Assembly (NCBI RefSeq): GCF_009914755.1
Contig: NC_060927.1
From: the human T2T-CHM13v2.0 reference genome, Homo sapiens
DNA: 64,000 bases
Direction: 5' to 3' (one strand)
In this document: piece after piece, positions 11,748-25,183 of the stretch
Numbering within the stretch: the stretch's first letter is position 1
Layout: every line of letters starts with the position of its first letter
Translations under genes and position numbers: made by a program
The notes under the pieces: generated by a model
The model's database searches: none
Seen by the model: only the letters and a program-made list of their open reading frames with translations
Told to the model about the DNA's origin: nothing

Positions 11748-14700
11748 AGTGGACTGGGTCTCAGCATCTTATGTTATTGTGTCTCCTCCCCAAGATGAGA
11801 TCTCTGATCTGCTATCTCTACCATGGAGGCTGGGAATCTTCATGAATTATTAATAATAACCCTGCATGATTCTGATTCAGGTGGTTACAGACACATTCTT
11901 TGGGTAATGGTGTAGTAGATTCACAGCCTGTATTAATATAATAAATATCATTTATAAAATGCTGTGGTATATATTTGAATCCAAGTGCTTTGAGCCTAGT
12001 GTATGAGAACTAGTCAGCTAGCTAGTGAGTTAAGCTAATTGATCACCTAGGACCCTCATTTCAGTAATAGCTGTGGCTCTCTATTAATCTTTGAATAAAT
12101 GGTGTAGCAGTTCCTAAACCAGTATGCGGGGCAACTCAATGCTACAGGATGTTAATAGGTAAGCCACAGACAAAGTTAAACCTAAATATGTTTTCTTAAT
12201 GTAGCATTTGTCAGAGCTTACAAAAAGCTATGCACATTGTGACTTTCCATGAGGAAATGATTATAGTCATTTCCTGTTCCGTGAAGTGTGTATGAAGCAT
12301 ATAGGCCCTGAACAAAAAGGCCTGAGCTCAAACCGACTTTGGTATTTGTTAGCTACCTACTTAGGCCAGGATTTTCCTTTCTGAGTTTCAGGTTTCTGTT
12401 CTCATTTCTTATTAATACTGGCTCTGTCTAAGTCACAGGACTGTAGTGAGAATAAGATGACTTAAATATATGTAATAAGTGCTTTATAAATTGTAGAGTT
12501 CTGAGCAGACATTAGTTTTGCAATACATGGGAAAATGTGCTAGGTGCTGTAATTGCAGAATAAAGAAAGTACTACTGGGAAATAGAGGAAGGGGAAATAA
12601 ATTAATTTTGACTATGATAATTAATTTATAACTAGCAGTTGAATGAAATGCCAAAAGCAAACAAACATACACAGGTGTTCAGGATTGTTTTTCTGACACC
12701 ATTTGCTATTCATTTGTGTGTTGCTAACTGTAAGCAGGAACATGGGTGTAACTGGAGATCTGTGAATGTCAATCTTCAAGAGAAGGAACTGCCAAGGAGG
12801 ACTTTGATATGGTCAAAGAATTTTATTTTGGATTTCAAATATCTCATTATAATTATACCTTAATATACAATATTGAGATATATTCAATTCTAAGCCCAAG
12901 AAAATCATAACATGTGGAAAGAGCTTCATAGAGTTATACAATAACTTTGTAGAATTTTAACATTCCCCAGAGGATGCATGAGATTATGCAATTTTTTATG
13001 TGAGTTATCATTTCAGAATAGTCTATTTGTTCAATTGATAGTCTTTTGGCAGTTCTCTTTCTCTCTGTAGTAAGGTTTCGTTGATTAGAGGAGTTAGAAA
13101 AAGTCTCTCAAATTTTGTAAGAAACACTACATTTATATCATACATTTATGTATTCATTAAAAAACTCTAGAACTATTTGTTGAGTACCTACTGCATATAA
13201 AGCATAGTACTAAGCACTAGGAAGTCAGTACTCCATAAAATAGGCCCTGACCTGACCCTCATGTAGACATAGTCTAGTGGAAGCAAGCACATGATGATAA
13301 TATAATGTGACAAGCTTTACATTGGAGTGTATACAGAGTGCAATGGAGCATATAGAGGGGTAACTATTTACATTTTATGTGATTGGTAAAAGCAGCCTAC
13401 AACTTCGGTTTGTAGCCCTAGAAGTAGGGATGAGGAGTTCCTCGGAAGAGTCCATTTGCTGATCATGGACAAATAAGAAAGGAAGCGCAAAGCCAGTAAA
13501 TAAGGAAAGCGAGAGAGGCAATTAGAGGCAAAAACATAGGGACTGGCTCCTGGGTGAATTGACTCACTCTTCCTGGGAATGATCCTTTAGCCTGGTGTCA
13601 CTAAAAGCTGGACATCAGTTTGCTAAGTTGTGACATCTTAAGGGTGCTGCCCAGGGTCTAATTGTCACAGATGAGAAATGACCTGGCCCTGGGACGAGGT
13701 CTCCAAGAAGACTGAGCAAGTCTATGCCTAGTCTCCCAAAGGCCTACAGGTCACTCTTTGGGTCTTGTACTGATGGATTCAGCTTCATACAACAGAAACC
13801 ACTCTAGCTAATTTAAGCAGAACAGGATTTATTAGCAAACATTAAGTGGCTACAGAATTATCTGAGGGGCTGGAAGAGCTGGCTCTAGGGTGAGCATCCA
13901 GGAACTCCTAGCCTTCAGAGATATACAGCCTCATCCATAATCAGAAAAGTTACATTTCTGCTGCAGGAGATCACTGAGTTAGAAACTGCTGACTACAGAA
14001 CATGCTGCTTCTGCCTCAGTTCATGTCAGATATGAGCTCTATGTTTCCTTCCTCTTAATTCAGTTTTGAATTCAAGTCTCTTTTGAGCATACTGGAGAGT
14101 CTTTTGGAATCCTAGCTGCAAGGGAGTCTGGGAAACATAGTCTTGGATTTCCTGGCCTCTTCAGCACAGGAAAACATGAGAATGAGGTTATAATAAATTC
14201 AAAGCAAGCCAATCATAGTATCTGCAACAGGACCATATCCTTTCTAGATTCTAACCAGATTTGAAGCCCAAAAAACATACTTAACTGCCACTCTTTTAGT
14301 TAATATGCTGAGAGGCTTGGGGAAGGAATATTGGATCCTGCTGGCCCCTGAGGGTTGGTGACTTGGGGGAATTTGGTTACTTTTTCAAAGGTTGTGGAAG
14401 CTGGAGAAGGACAGCCATGGTGTGCACGAGGATGTGATGGGAAGGGTCAGGCAGAGAGTATGAGGAGTACAGTGGGAGATGTGAGAAGCGTAATGGGCGT
14501 ACAGAGTTCAGACAAGCAGCTGAGTTTCAGTGTCCAGAGAAAGCAATTGACGTTTCAAGAGCAGGAACTCAGGAATGGCCACCTGGTTGTTCCAATTAAT
14601 TCTGCTAGAAGTCATGATGTTGGCCTGTTGCTGCATTAATCATGAGGACACATGCGCATCACCCACTGTCTTCCTGGCTTCCTGGTCACTTGTTGATTTT

Positions 14701-17317
14701 AACTGAGACACAGATCACTCCATTTGATTACTTCACTGAGCAGCTTTCCTTCTGAATAGGCCTGGCTTTTGTCTTCCCTGATGGGATTGGGTCATGAGAC
14801 CCACCTGCAGGCCCAGGTTGGACCTATATCCTAAGCCAATCATGGCAGAGGCCAAAAGTGAAAGAATTCCAGCCTCATCATTCAGGAGGATATAATATTA
14901 AAACTAGGTGTCCACAGACCTGATATGTGGACCACCAGAAATTCATTCCTTTATTCATTCACTTAACTACATCTACTGAGCCCCTGTCATGCAGCAGGCA
15001 CATGGGTGTTCTGCATAGGTAAGGTCATGGTAAGCATCCTGGAAGATAGGAAAGACTCCCTTGGGTGGAGAAGCGATGGCAGAGCTGGTCAGGCAGAGAC
15101 AACAGGAAGTACACAAGCCCTGGGGCTGAAGTAGAAGTAACAAGGGGCAGAGGCCATGTGGCTGGAGGCTTGGGGCAGGGCCTGGACAGGAAAGGCCTTG
15201 TTGGCCCTGCTAAGGACTTTCACTTTTCTCCTGAATGTAAGAGAAAGCAATTGAAAAAGGTGTTAGGCAGGAGGATGGCCATAATGAGGGCAGTGTTTAA
15301 AAACTGCTCTGGTGATTTTTAAAACATCCTATGCTTGCTTGCTTTCTTGAAGTATTGATAGGATGGGGTGGCAGGTGCGGGGGGCAGTGGAGGTGGGTGA
15401 AAGTGGGTGGAGGCAGATCGGTTAGGAAGCCTTTGCAGTAGTAGTGAAGGTAAGAAGTGATATTATATCAGATAGGGGTGATGGTGGTAAAGAAGAGAGA
15501 CAGGACTGAGATACAGAGAGGAGGAAGAAGACAATTGAAGGAGGAAGAGCAGTGTTGTTCTTTTTACTCTAGTCACTTCAAACTCTACTTTCACTTTTAG
15601 ACTTGGTTTTCTTTTTTCATATTTATCTTTTCAAGTTATATCCCAGTGTAAGAAAATCAAAAGGAATGAGATTTATTTAAGAAAATTCACATCACAATAT
15701 GAATATGCTTACATACAACCCATGCCAAAGACTTGGAAGTGCTATAAAATCTGTATTTTATATAGCGCCACAGTTAAGAGCATGGATTTTGCAGAGAATC
15801 AGCTTTGTGACCTTGGACAAACTGTTTCACCTTTCTATGCCACAGATTCACCACCTAGAAAATGGGGATGAAAATAGTAACTACCTTGGGTTTCACTGAG
15901 AATGAAGTGAGATAATACATATAAAACAGGCATAGAGCCTGGCATAATGAAAATGGTCAATGAATGCTAATTAGTCTTGTTATTCATAGCTTGTAGCTGA
16001 CCATCCTCTGTACAGTTGATTGATGCTCCTGAAGGTCTTCAGAGCCACCAGTGAGCACCATACAAGCAGTTATAGCATGACAGACTTGTGCACAGATTGC
16101 AAGGACCCTGAAAAGATGGTTCTGCATATTGAATTTAATTCTGCCTGTTTTCTCCCAAAACCAGGTTCTGCCTCTGGGACTGTGCAGAACTTGTTGGAGA
16201 AGCATTGCATGGCAGGGGAAATTGGGAGGCGGGGAGAAGAGGGTTGAAGAGGGTGAAGACTGTGAAGTGGAACACAGGGTTCCCACTCCTGTTGGGTAAT
16301 TTTGATTGCAGTTTTATTGTGACTAATTTTGTTGTAGGGATCCGATTTATTTCTTATTCCTCATTCATCTATGGAACATTTACATGTGCCAAGCACTGTA
16401 ATAGGTACTGAGGATTCAGCTATGAGCAAAGTTCCAGCTTCCATGGAGTTTAAATTTTGGTGAGGTTATGTCTCTTGCCAGCAAAATTTATTCTCCTACA
16501 GTTCTTAGCTGGCCAAAACTTCTTCCTCCATGGTAGGAAAGAAAGGAACCAATTGGGCACATTGCCTGTTCTAGAGTCATATCGAAAAGAAAGCCCTACT
16601 GTATATGGTTTGGAGCTTATTCCTTTTGGGGGAAATTTAGTTTGTATTCTATCAGGGAGGGGAATAATAGAGAAGTTATTAATCCCAACGAACTTTCCTA
16701 TTAGTCCTCAAAATATCCATATGGGTAATGTATTGCTATCCCAGATGAAGAAACTGAGGGTAAGAGGTTGAATGATTTTCCCAAATAGAGGTGAGATTCA
16801 AGATTTCGACTTTAGCTCCCATGCTTTATTTCTTTCTCTTGTAAATTGGAAGTTATTTGTTCAACTGCAAACAAGTAAATTTAATGGCATTAGCTCGTCT
16901 GGCCATTGGCGTGATGGTGGTGGTTAGCACCTCTAGTTAATAGATCCTATAGTGAGTATACTATCAGATAGACTGACCTTCATGGCATGTGACATAGCTC
17001 AGTGGTTCCCAAATGCCAGTTCCTGGACCAATGATAGTCTGTGACAAAGTTGTCACCAATTTTTGCAATGTGCGGAATAAAGTAAATTTAAATTAAAGGC
17101 CACTTCTGTTATGTCTCCTCAACATTCCATTATGGAATGATGGTAAAAGTAGGAGGGTTTTTGGTTTTTTTTTTTTTTGCTTTTTTTTGGGTTATTGTTA
17201 TTTTATGAAATAAAAAGTTGGCAAACCTGTCTGTCAATCCTTCCCTGTTAAAGTTTCCCATTTGGTTTAATTCAAAAGGCTAGGGAAACTTGATATAGCT
17301 AACTAAATGAAAAATAG

Positions 17318-18600
17318 AAGTTCTGTTTCTGGCAATATGAATACTAGATATTAAAAAAATCCTTCTGGTGCAAAGCACCTAAAAAAGAAAGTAAAGTTGG
17401 AAAAAATTATATATTTTAAAAAATGCATAGTTTTATTGGCAAGAAAGGAAAATTTTTAGAGGCCAAAAATGACAAGAAAGCACAAATACAGAGAAAGCCA
17501 TATTTGGGAGAGAGGAGACAAATCTCAGGTTCTAAGCAAGGTGGGAAATAGGATTAAAGACTGAAAGCTGGCTCTCCTAAAAGGTGACATCTTCTGTGAA
17601 AAAAGGAAATAGGAACTAAAGTGCCCCTCAAGAGCAGTCCAGTAAATACAATTACACTTGGGATGGTGGGAAGGATAAATTTCTCCTGAAAGATTCATAA
17701 CAGTGAGTTACTCCCACTGGATTTAAGTCTAGAATTCCCATTGCTTATATAAGCTGAGAAATCCTAAGCTGATAATTCAAAATATTCTGGGTTACACTGT
17801 GTCTCCAGGTGCCTGGTAAGGGCAAACACAAACTCTCCTGAAGGCATGCACCTTGATTCCAAGCCTCAAAAAATTCCTAAGATATAATTTCAATTAATAT
17901 AGGCTCAAAAATAAAAATCACAAAATAAAGGAGGAAACAAGATGTCACGGGGAGGTGGGGGGTAATCAAAAGAAACATCAAGAATCAGGCCTGTAGAAAC
18001 TTCAGGTATTAGTGATGTTGAGTATAAAATATAAAAGAGGTATTGAAAGTATAAGAAACTATCAAGCCGATTTTTAAAAAAGAACCAATTAGAACCTGCA
18101 GAAATAAAAAATACAACCACTGGAATTTAAAAATTTCAGTTACACAGGTGAAAAGAGAGTTAATGAACTAGAAGGTAGATATGAAGTAATTACTCTGAAT
18201 GCATAGAGGAACAAAGAGATTGAAAATATGGAAGGTAAGAGAAAGGGAAGATAAAGTGAGAGGTTGTAATATATATCTACAGAGAGTAATAATGGAGATA
18301 ATGGGAGAGACTCATATTCAAAGTTATCGTGTATGAAAAATTTTCAGAATTGGAGAAATAAAGAAATCTTGAGATTCAGAAATCCTTATGAGCACCAAGC
18401 AGGATAAATTAGAAAATCACACTTAGACACACCATATTGAAATTATAGAATATGAAAGATAAATAGATTGCAAAAGAAGATACAGAAAAGAAAAATTACC
18501 TATAAAGAAATGACAATAAACTGATAGCTTACTTCTCAACATCATTAATGAAAATTAAAGGAGAGATATACATTCAAAATCCTTCATTGGAAAATATTTA
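17318..18600 (+). mobile_element. Old L1M 5' end/ORF1 fragment
   Basis: A-rich, decayed ORF1 coiled-coil-like sequence (AAGAACCAATTAGAAC..., GAACTAGAAGGTAGA, CACTTAGACACACCATA). Confidence 0.7.
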
Positions 18601-19199
18601 ACAAGCCAAATGTCATAGCTAAAGAATTACATGCCCCAAATGACTATGTTTTATTAGCTTTAGGAAAATGCCTTTTCACCTGTAACTGGAATGAATTGCC
18701 CCACAAACTTGGAATTTAAATATGGACATTTTCCCTATTTTTGCAGTTAACCACATAAGTGGTCTCCTATGCCTCCTTATCCTGAAGTTCAGCATCTTCT
18801 TATGAGGGTTCCCATGCCCTTTAATTGAATTGTCCAAGAACACTTACTCCAAAGCAGGTTGATCTCCTTCCAATGTGAGATGTAGAGGGAGATGAAATTT
18901 AGTCAGTTTATACCACCCGGTGCAGTTACTTTTTTCACTGCCATGTGTATTGCAGTTGAATTTTGCCTTGAAAAATTCCATGGATATTTGTTTACTACAA
19001 GGTCTCTCTAACAAATCCAGATCATTGCATAATCACAGTGAGACCCCATTTGGGGTCTCTTAATTTATAACCTTCTTGAGTGACAATTATAACCTCCCAG
19101 GAAGCAGTGGGTCACATCAACTACCTCCACTACCCCCAGATGCAGAATTACTGTCCCAATGTCTTAGAGTGGCCACCTGCTTTCAAAGAGTAGAGGCAG

Positions 19200-22100
19200 G
19201 TTTTTTTTTTTTTTTTGTAGTTTTGTCTTTTTTTGTTTTTGTTTTTCAAGTTTCCAAACAAGAATTTATTCTTTCTTTAAAAAAATTTTTTTTCTAAAAA
19301 AAGTACCAGGTACAATTTTTTCCTGTTTCTGTTTTTTCAAGTTTCAGCAAATGCTTGTTCCCCTCAGCCCAGCCCCAGGAGTCAGGACTGAGGCTGGGTC
19401 AGAGTCTGGAGTGGGGGATGGGATAGTTGGGAGCCACATGACTGAGTCTGAGAGTTGCCCCTTAGCCCAGATGAGGTAGGTGGGTCAGAGTCTGGCCAGG
19501 TGAAAGGAGGCACCCCAGTCCTTGGACCTGACTCTGCTTCCTGGACACCTTCCTCAGTCACACCCCAAAGTAAGGAGACACAGGTAGGAGGAAAGGGACA
19601 ACTGGAGTCTGGAACTGTAGGTGAGGGGTGGTTAACCTCTGTGTGTGTGCATACATGCACACTCTCTTTCTCACACATACCACACAAAGACAAGCTTGTA
19701 CACACATGCATACATATAATTTGGCTTTCAGAGCTAGGTCAGAGGGTAGGGGAAGTGAAGGGACTAGGGGAAGGACAAGGCAAGCTGAAGCTTTGGCTAC
19801 TGACTCAGTCCCTCTGGAATAACCCCTCTTCCCTCAGCTGAGGGAGAGCAGTTCTCCTTCTGCTCCCCTGCATAAGCCTCTTCAACTCCTGAGGTTGGAG
19901 CAATATCTGAGAGTGGGAAAGGAAAAGGGGTGACGCCAATGATCAGGTGTGGGAGGTTACTAAGTCAATCCAATTTGAATAAGTTATAAATTAAAAATAA
20001 ATAAAATAATAAATGGTTCTTTTTCAGGACAGGGAGGCAACGCTGGCATGACTTCCCTGGGAACTTGGGATAACCTCAGGGTGGCTCTGGTTCCTCCCTA
20101 CTACCTAAGCTGGACTGGGAGAACCAAGGGAGGGGACAGGCACATGGAGGACCTGAAGTAGGGCAGGTTGTAGTAAGGATCAGAAGCTCTAAATACCCAA
20201 ATGATCAATCTGGGCATGAGCATGGTGAGGGCTTTAACTCGAGCCTGAAGGGTCTCTTGCCATCTCTCCATCTATGGGATGGACAAGATGGGCAGGTCAT
20301 TGATCCACATTGGTTCAGAGTAATGGCAATCAGGGCAAAAGTGAATAACGTGGGTTAAGAGGGGCCCCAGTCACAGCCTGAAGTTCGTAGGGGAGCCCTG
20401 CGTCCAGCTCCAGGCTCTAGCAGGAAAAAAGCTGGCAGAGATCTCCATTCAGGCTTAAGAGGCCTGAGCGGGAGCTCCAGAACCCAAGGTGCAGCGAGTA
20501 GCAGAGGAGGCAGTAGGTGGGGTTAGCATTTTTCTCCTCACCCACAGGCACCAAAAAGAGGCAATGGCACAATAAGGGCATGTGGCAGCAGCCATGTCCA
20601 AGAAGTCAAAGGTCACCAGGAACATCTTCACCACAGTCTGGTTGGGGTTAAATGTTACTTGTGTGGTGCCCACTTTGGGCACGCTGTAACTCTTCCTCCC
20701 CAGGAGGTTCAGATCCACAAAGCCCAGGAAGTGGGTGGGGGCATTTTGCTCAGAAACCTCAAAGAAGGTGACAGTGACAGGCAGTGTGACATGGTGGGGG
20801 CAGTAGGACCCACTAGCTCCAGTCTCTGCTGTGAAGCCCTCAATGTGGCCAGATGGTGCAAAGCGTCCTTGCAGCAATGATTCCTCAAAGTTGCCCAGCA
20901 GGGTACAGCTGATAGCAGGGGTAGGAACAGGGGAGGCACTACGGGGGCTCAGCAGGCCTGGCCCCTTCCAGAGGCTTCAAAGTGGGCTCAGCTTCAGGTG
21001 ATGGGCACCTGTCAGCCTCCGCCCCATGGGACTGCAGTCTGTTGGGTCCAAAACAGGCTCCTTGGGCCCAGGCAGCAGGTGGCTCCAGATGGGTGTGGTT
21101 TGAGCATCAGAACTGTTGGTAGCAGTAGGGTGGCCCAGGGTTCCCTGGCACGTCCAAAGGGCTGGACCCTCTTCCTTAGAACTGACATTTGGGGCTTCTC
21201 CAGCAGAAGCAGCCTTTGCTTGGTGGGGCAGGGGCCTGGAGGTCCAGGGCTGGGGGTGTGTGCTTGGGACTGTGCCCACTGTCAATGCCAGGGGACTCCC
21301 TAGGCCAGAGGCTCCCCCTCTTGCCCACCCTAGCCACTGGGCTCTTACCCCTTATTTGTGCAAAACTGCAAATCAGTGTCGAGCGTGTGTAGCTGGCCCA
21401 GAGGGCTGGCCCTGGGGACTCCCCTAGGGACCCCTGTCCCCCTGGGTCTGGGAAAGCCTAGTCTCTGGTGTGTAAAGTATTTCAGGAAGCATATGATCGG
21501 GGCCAGGAGGGACTCCAGGCCCCTGAAGTCCAAGAAGAGGTGGCACTACTTCCCTGTTCCACAACACAGAGGCCACGGTGGGAGAAATGGTGGCTGGACA
21601 CACCTACTCCCAGCCCCAGTCCCCCTGGGCCCAATAGCCCTACAGAAGATGGTTCTTCAGGGGGTAGTCCCTCTCTGGCCCCCAGCCCAGGGCCCCTCTC
21701 CAGCTCCTGAGGACCCTTAGTGGGTGGGGCTGGTCGCTTCTGGGCCCTGTGAAGCTCAGAGGCACCAGCTGGAGGGGAAAAGATAAATACCTGGTAGAGC
21801 CTGGGGGATGTCACTGCCCCCTGCCCCCCCGCCACTTGCTGGGCTGTAGTCCATGAGCAGGCCACCCCGGAGGGCCCCCTGCCTGACTGGAGGCTGTGAA
21901 GGGCCAGCCTCTGGCTCTGAGGATGGAGACAGCTCTGCCTGCATGTGGCACATGAAGTCCCCCTTGGGTCAGGGGGGTCACCCCCACACGGCCTTTATGC
22001 TGGGCCTGTGCTGGGGAGTCTGGGGACATCTGGATGAAGAGGGCTCAAGCCTAGCCGTGCATCCCCTCTTCCTGACTGATGCCTTGTTCCTCTAGCTTGC

Positions 22101-22212
22101 AGTCTGATTCATGCCCACTGCACTAGCAAAGTGACTGCCACCATTCCATGCAGCTCCTGGGCTCAACAGGACCCTGTAGTTCTGTTAATCTCATTGCACT
22201 TGAGGAGGTGGT
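19200..22212 (-). pseudogene. ATOSBP1: Processed pseudogene of ATOSB (FAM214B); disrupted CDS 20330-21953
   Basis: ORF fragments MCHMQAELSPSSEPEAGPSQPPVRQGAL..., GPGLGAREGLPPEEPS..., WSHLLPGPKEPVLDPTDC..., GRFAPSGHIEGFTAETGASGSYCP...NPNQTVVKMFLVTFDF match ATOSB; no introns, several frameshifts; T-rich tail 19201-19250; TSD AGTAGAGGCAG at 19189-19199 and 22213-22223 next to a TT/AAAA site. Parent assignment is solid; the pseudogene symbol is from memory. Confidence 0.92.
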
Positions 22213-23117
22213 AGTAGAGGCAGAGTTTTAAAACCACAGCAAACAACAAAGGTCTTGCATTCATCTCTCCCAGGACAGTGAAGCCTGCTCAGTCTAGACT
22301 TACATGAGAGACTACTCAATGACTCTCACAGAAAAGAGATCTTCCCAAGGTGACATCTTCTCCTCCTAAGCCAATAAGGTCATCTTACTCACAGTCCACT
22401 TCCAGGAACTGACCCCAAATGGACAGAATCTACTTATATCATGGCACAGCTGTCAACTTCTCTTGCTAAAGAAGAGAATAACGCTCACAAAATTGCCCCA
22501 GATGGCGGTGCAACATTTTTGGGCCAAGTACTACAACTGAAAAGCATGAACAGAGTTTTACCAGCGGGTTACAGGTTTGTTTATATGAAAATTGCACTCC
22601 CTGTTTATTTCTAATAGGGAAAATATTTCTGATGGTATATGATTCCTAAATGAAATGATGCTAACAAATGTTCACATATTTTGTGAGGGAGAACACAGCA
22701 AATTGTAAGATATGATCTGCAGATATCAAACTCATTTTCTTTACTGGAAAACAGGTCTGACCGCATGGCACGATTATGTTGGGAAAAATGCAGCTATAGT
22801 TCTCTTCATTTGGAACACGAACGTATATCACAAAGCTAACCAGATCACATTCATTCAGTAGCAAACACAAATCAACTGTGGCTAGCAAATGTGTGTACAA
22901 AATACATTGACATCAATACCAGTTTGGTGCTTTCTTGTGATCAAATCCAGGGAAATAGAAATCAGCCATCTAAAACTTAACCACTTGCAAAAGAGCATTT
23001 ATGTTACCAGCAGTTTAAAGGAAATGAATGTTCATTGAAGAGCAGCCTATGCTGAACTCTCATTTTTACATGTATTCAACTATATATATGCTGGCTCATC
23101 ATTTTAAAACTATTATC

Positions 23118-23426
23118 AGCCAGGTGCAGTGGCTCACGCCTGTAAGCATTTTGAGAGGCTGAGGTGGGTGGATCATGAGGTCAGGAGATCGAGACCATCC
23201 TGGCTAACACGGTGAAACCCCATCTCTACTAAAAATACAAAAAATTAGCTAGGCATGGTGGCGGGTGCCTGTAGTCCCAGCTACTTGGGAGGTTGAGGCA
23301 AGAGAATCACTTGAACCCAGGAGGCAGAGGTTGCAGTGAGCCGACATGCGCCACTGCACTCCAGCCTGGGTGACAGAGTGAGACTCCATCTCAAAAACAA
23401 ACAAACAAACAAGCAAACAAAAAAAT
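23118..23426 (+). mobile_element. Alu (AluSc/Y-like)
   Basis: Dimeric Alu, (CAAA)n tail, TSD-like TATTATCA on both sides. Confidence 0.93.
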
Positions 23427-23554
23427 TATATTATCATTTATTAAATGTGATTAGGTAGCTCTGGATCCTTGGTCTGTTATTTTTTTTAAGGCATAATAAG
23501 ACCAGGACTTAAAAAAAAACACCCTGTAAAATGTACGCTTTTTAAGAAATAATA

Positions 23555-23635
23555 GAAGTCACTTTTATTCTAACATGCTATCTTTATTGAAATATTTTAA
23601 ACATTTATTGCAAAAACAATAAATGCTTTTTATTT
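23555..23635 (-). terminator. Candidate poly(A) signal cluster for ZNF80
   Basis: Several TTTATT (AATAAA on minus) at about 23564, 23583, 23604 and 23629, at the apparent 3' end of an old L1M fragment in the same orientation. Actual use is not shown by the sequence. Confidence 0.4.
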
Positions 23636-24859
23636 TTCAAACATAAACAATACTTAAGTATAAAAGTAAAAACTGAACATTGCATATAACCCTGGTCCAT
23701 CCCATTTCCTGCAGAAAACCACTATTAACAGTTTTATGCTTATACTTCTAGATGTAGTTTTATTTCCTGAAACTTTCTCTTTTACTAAATACTGTATCTT
23801 AGAGATGTTTTGATATCAGTACATACAGAGATACCTTATTGTTTCACAGTATTTCATAGAACAGATGTACCATAACTTACTTCCAACTGATAAACATTTA
23901 GATTGTTCTCAACGTTTCACACATAAAAACAAAACTGCAGCGATTATTCTTTGCACGCACATCTCTGCATAATATAAAAACATTTCTGAGGATTTCTAGA
24001 ATTGAATTAACATGTCAAAGGATCTACATGTTTTATATTTTAATACATTGTATTCATCAAAACATTTTTTTCTGAGTTTCTCATTAGATTAGATAAGCTG
24101 TGTTTTGTTTTGTTTGTCTTAGCTCTTGTTTAACTTCTAGAAAACTAGTGACATGCTCTTGGAGAAGCCCCTCTTACAGAAGGCCAAAGAAGCTGAGAAA
24201 GCACAGAGGAAATAATCAAGGCTCACCTGGGAAAGCAACGCAGCTTCACCATCATTCTCTCGTCCCTGAGAAAATAAATCAAAACAAACAAGTATATTGA
24301 GCACTGGGTGTTCAAAACCACATGAAGAATTGTTTTTTGTTAAATTAAAGCCTTAAGTAGTCTTAAATGATGTAGCAAAATATGCCCATTCAATGTGGTT
24401 ACTTACCTCCTCAGATATGAAAGGATTTTATATGGCAGTATTTTTATATTCTACGTTCTTACAAGTTTCACATATTCCATTACTTAAGCGTTCATATTTC
24501 TCACAAAGACTTACATTCCTCAGGAGTACAATGTTTTAGAACAAAGAATGCATTCAATAAATCTTTACAGAGTTAATCTTTACAGAGGACAATTCTCCTG
24601 TAGACAGGAGTGAATACATATAAAGGACAAATAACGAGGCAAGGCCTTTGTACCTTTCAGCCATCTGCAAAATGAAGAACTGAATTCAAATTTTGATAGG
24701 CATGGCTTTCAGAGAAGTCTGACAGAAGCTATGCATGAATTTCTTTTTTTCTCTTTTACAGTTCCCTTCTTACTTAAAAAAAAAAAATCCTGAAGTGGCT
24801 TAGTGATATAAACTATGGAGAGAGGTGTGGGTGGTTCTTTTAAGTGCACAATAACCAAC

Positions 24860-25183
24860 AGGTCTCCCTCCTGGAAAAATTCTCAGATGCTGAGGAAGAT
24901 ATTTCCTGTGGCCAAAAGATTTTCTTCACTAGTTTTTGTCAAAATGTCTTTTCGCAGTTTAAGTTCTCTGACGTTGACTGATGTGGGCCCACTTGCAAAA
25001 GGCCTTCCCACATATCTCATAGAGTTTATCTCTGGAAGGAATTCTTCAATGCCAAGTGAGGATGAGCTGCAGGTCACAGCTTTCCTACTGCCACTGAATT
25101 CAGAGTGCTTCTCCTCAGTGTGGCTCTCTATGTATCAAAGAAAAAAAAAAAAGAAAACCCACAAATTCCCACATCATTTGCAC
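24860..25183 (-). pseudogene. Degenerate additional zinc fingers in the ZNF80 3' UTR
   Basis: Shifted frames after the stop read FECK*CGN..., HTEEKHSEFSGSRKAVTC..., LTWH*RIPSRDKLYEICGKAFCKWAHISQRQRT. Confidence 0.7.

Noticed and set aside
20455-22095. Dense ORF cluster suggesting an active gene
   Set aside because: Frameshifted pieces of the ATOSB retrocopy and their GC-rich shadows; no intact CDS.
22230-23050. Unassigned sequence between the ATOSB retrocopy and the Alu (also 18600-19190 and 28350-29150)
   Set aside because: I could not recognise coding or repeat homology by eye; needs Dfam/BLAST, so no call is made.
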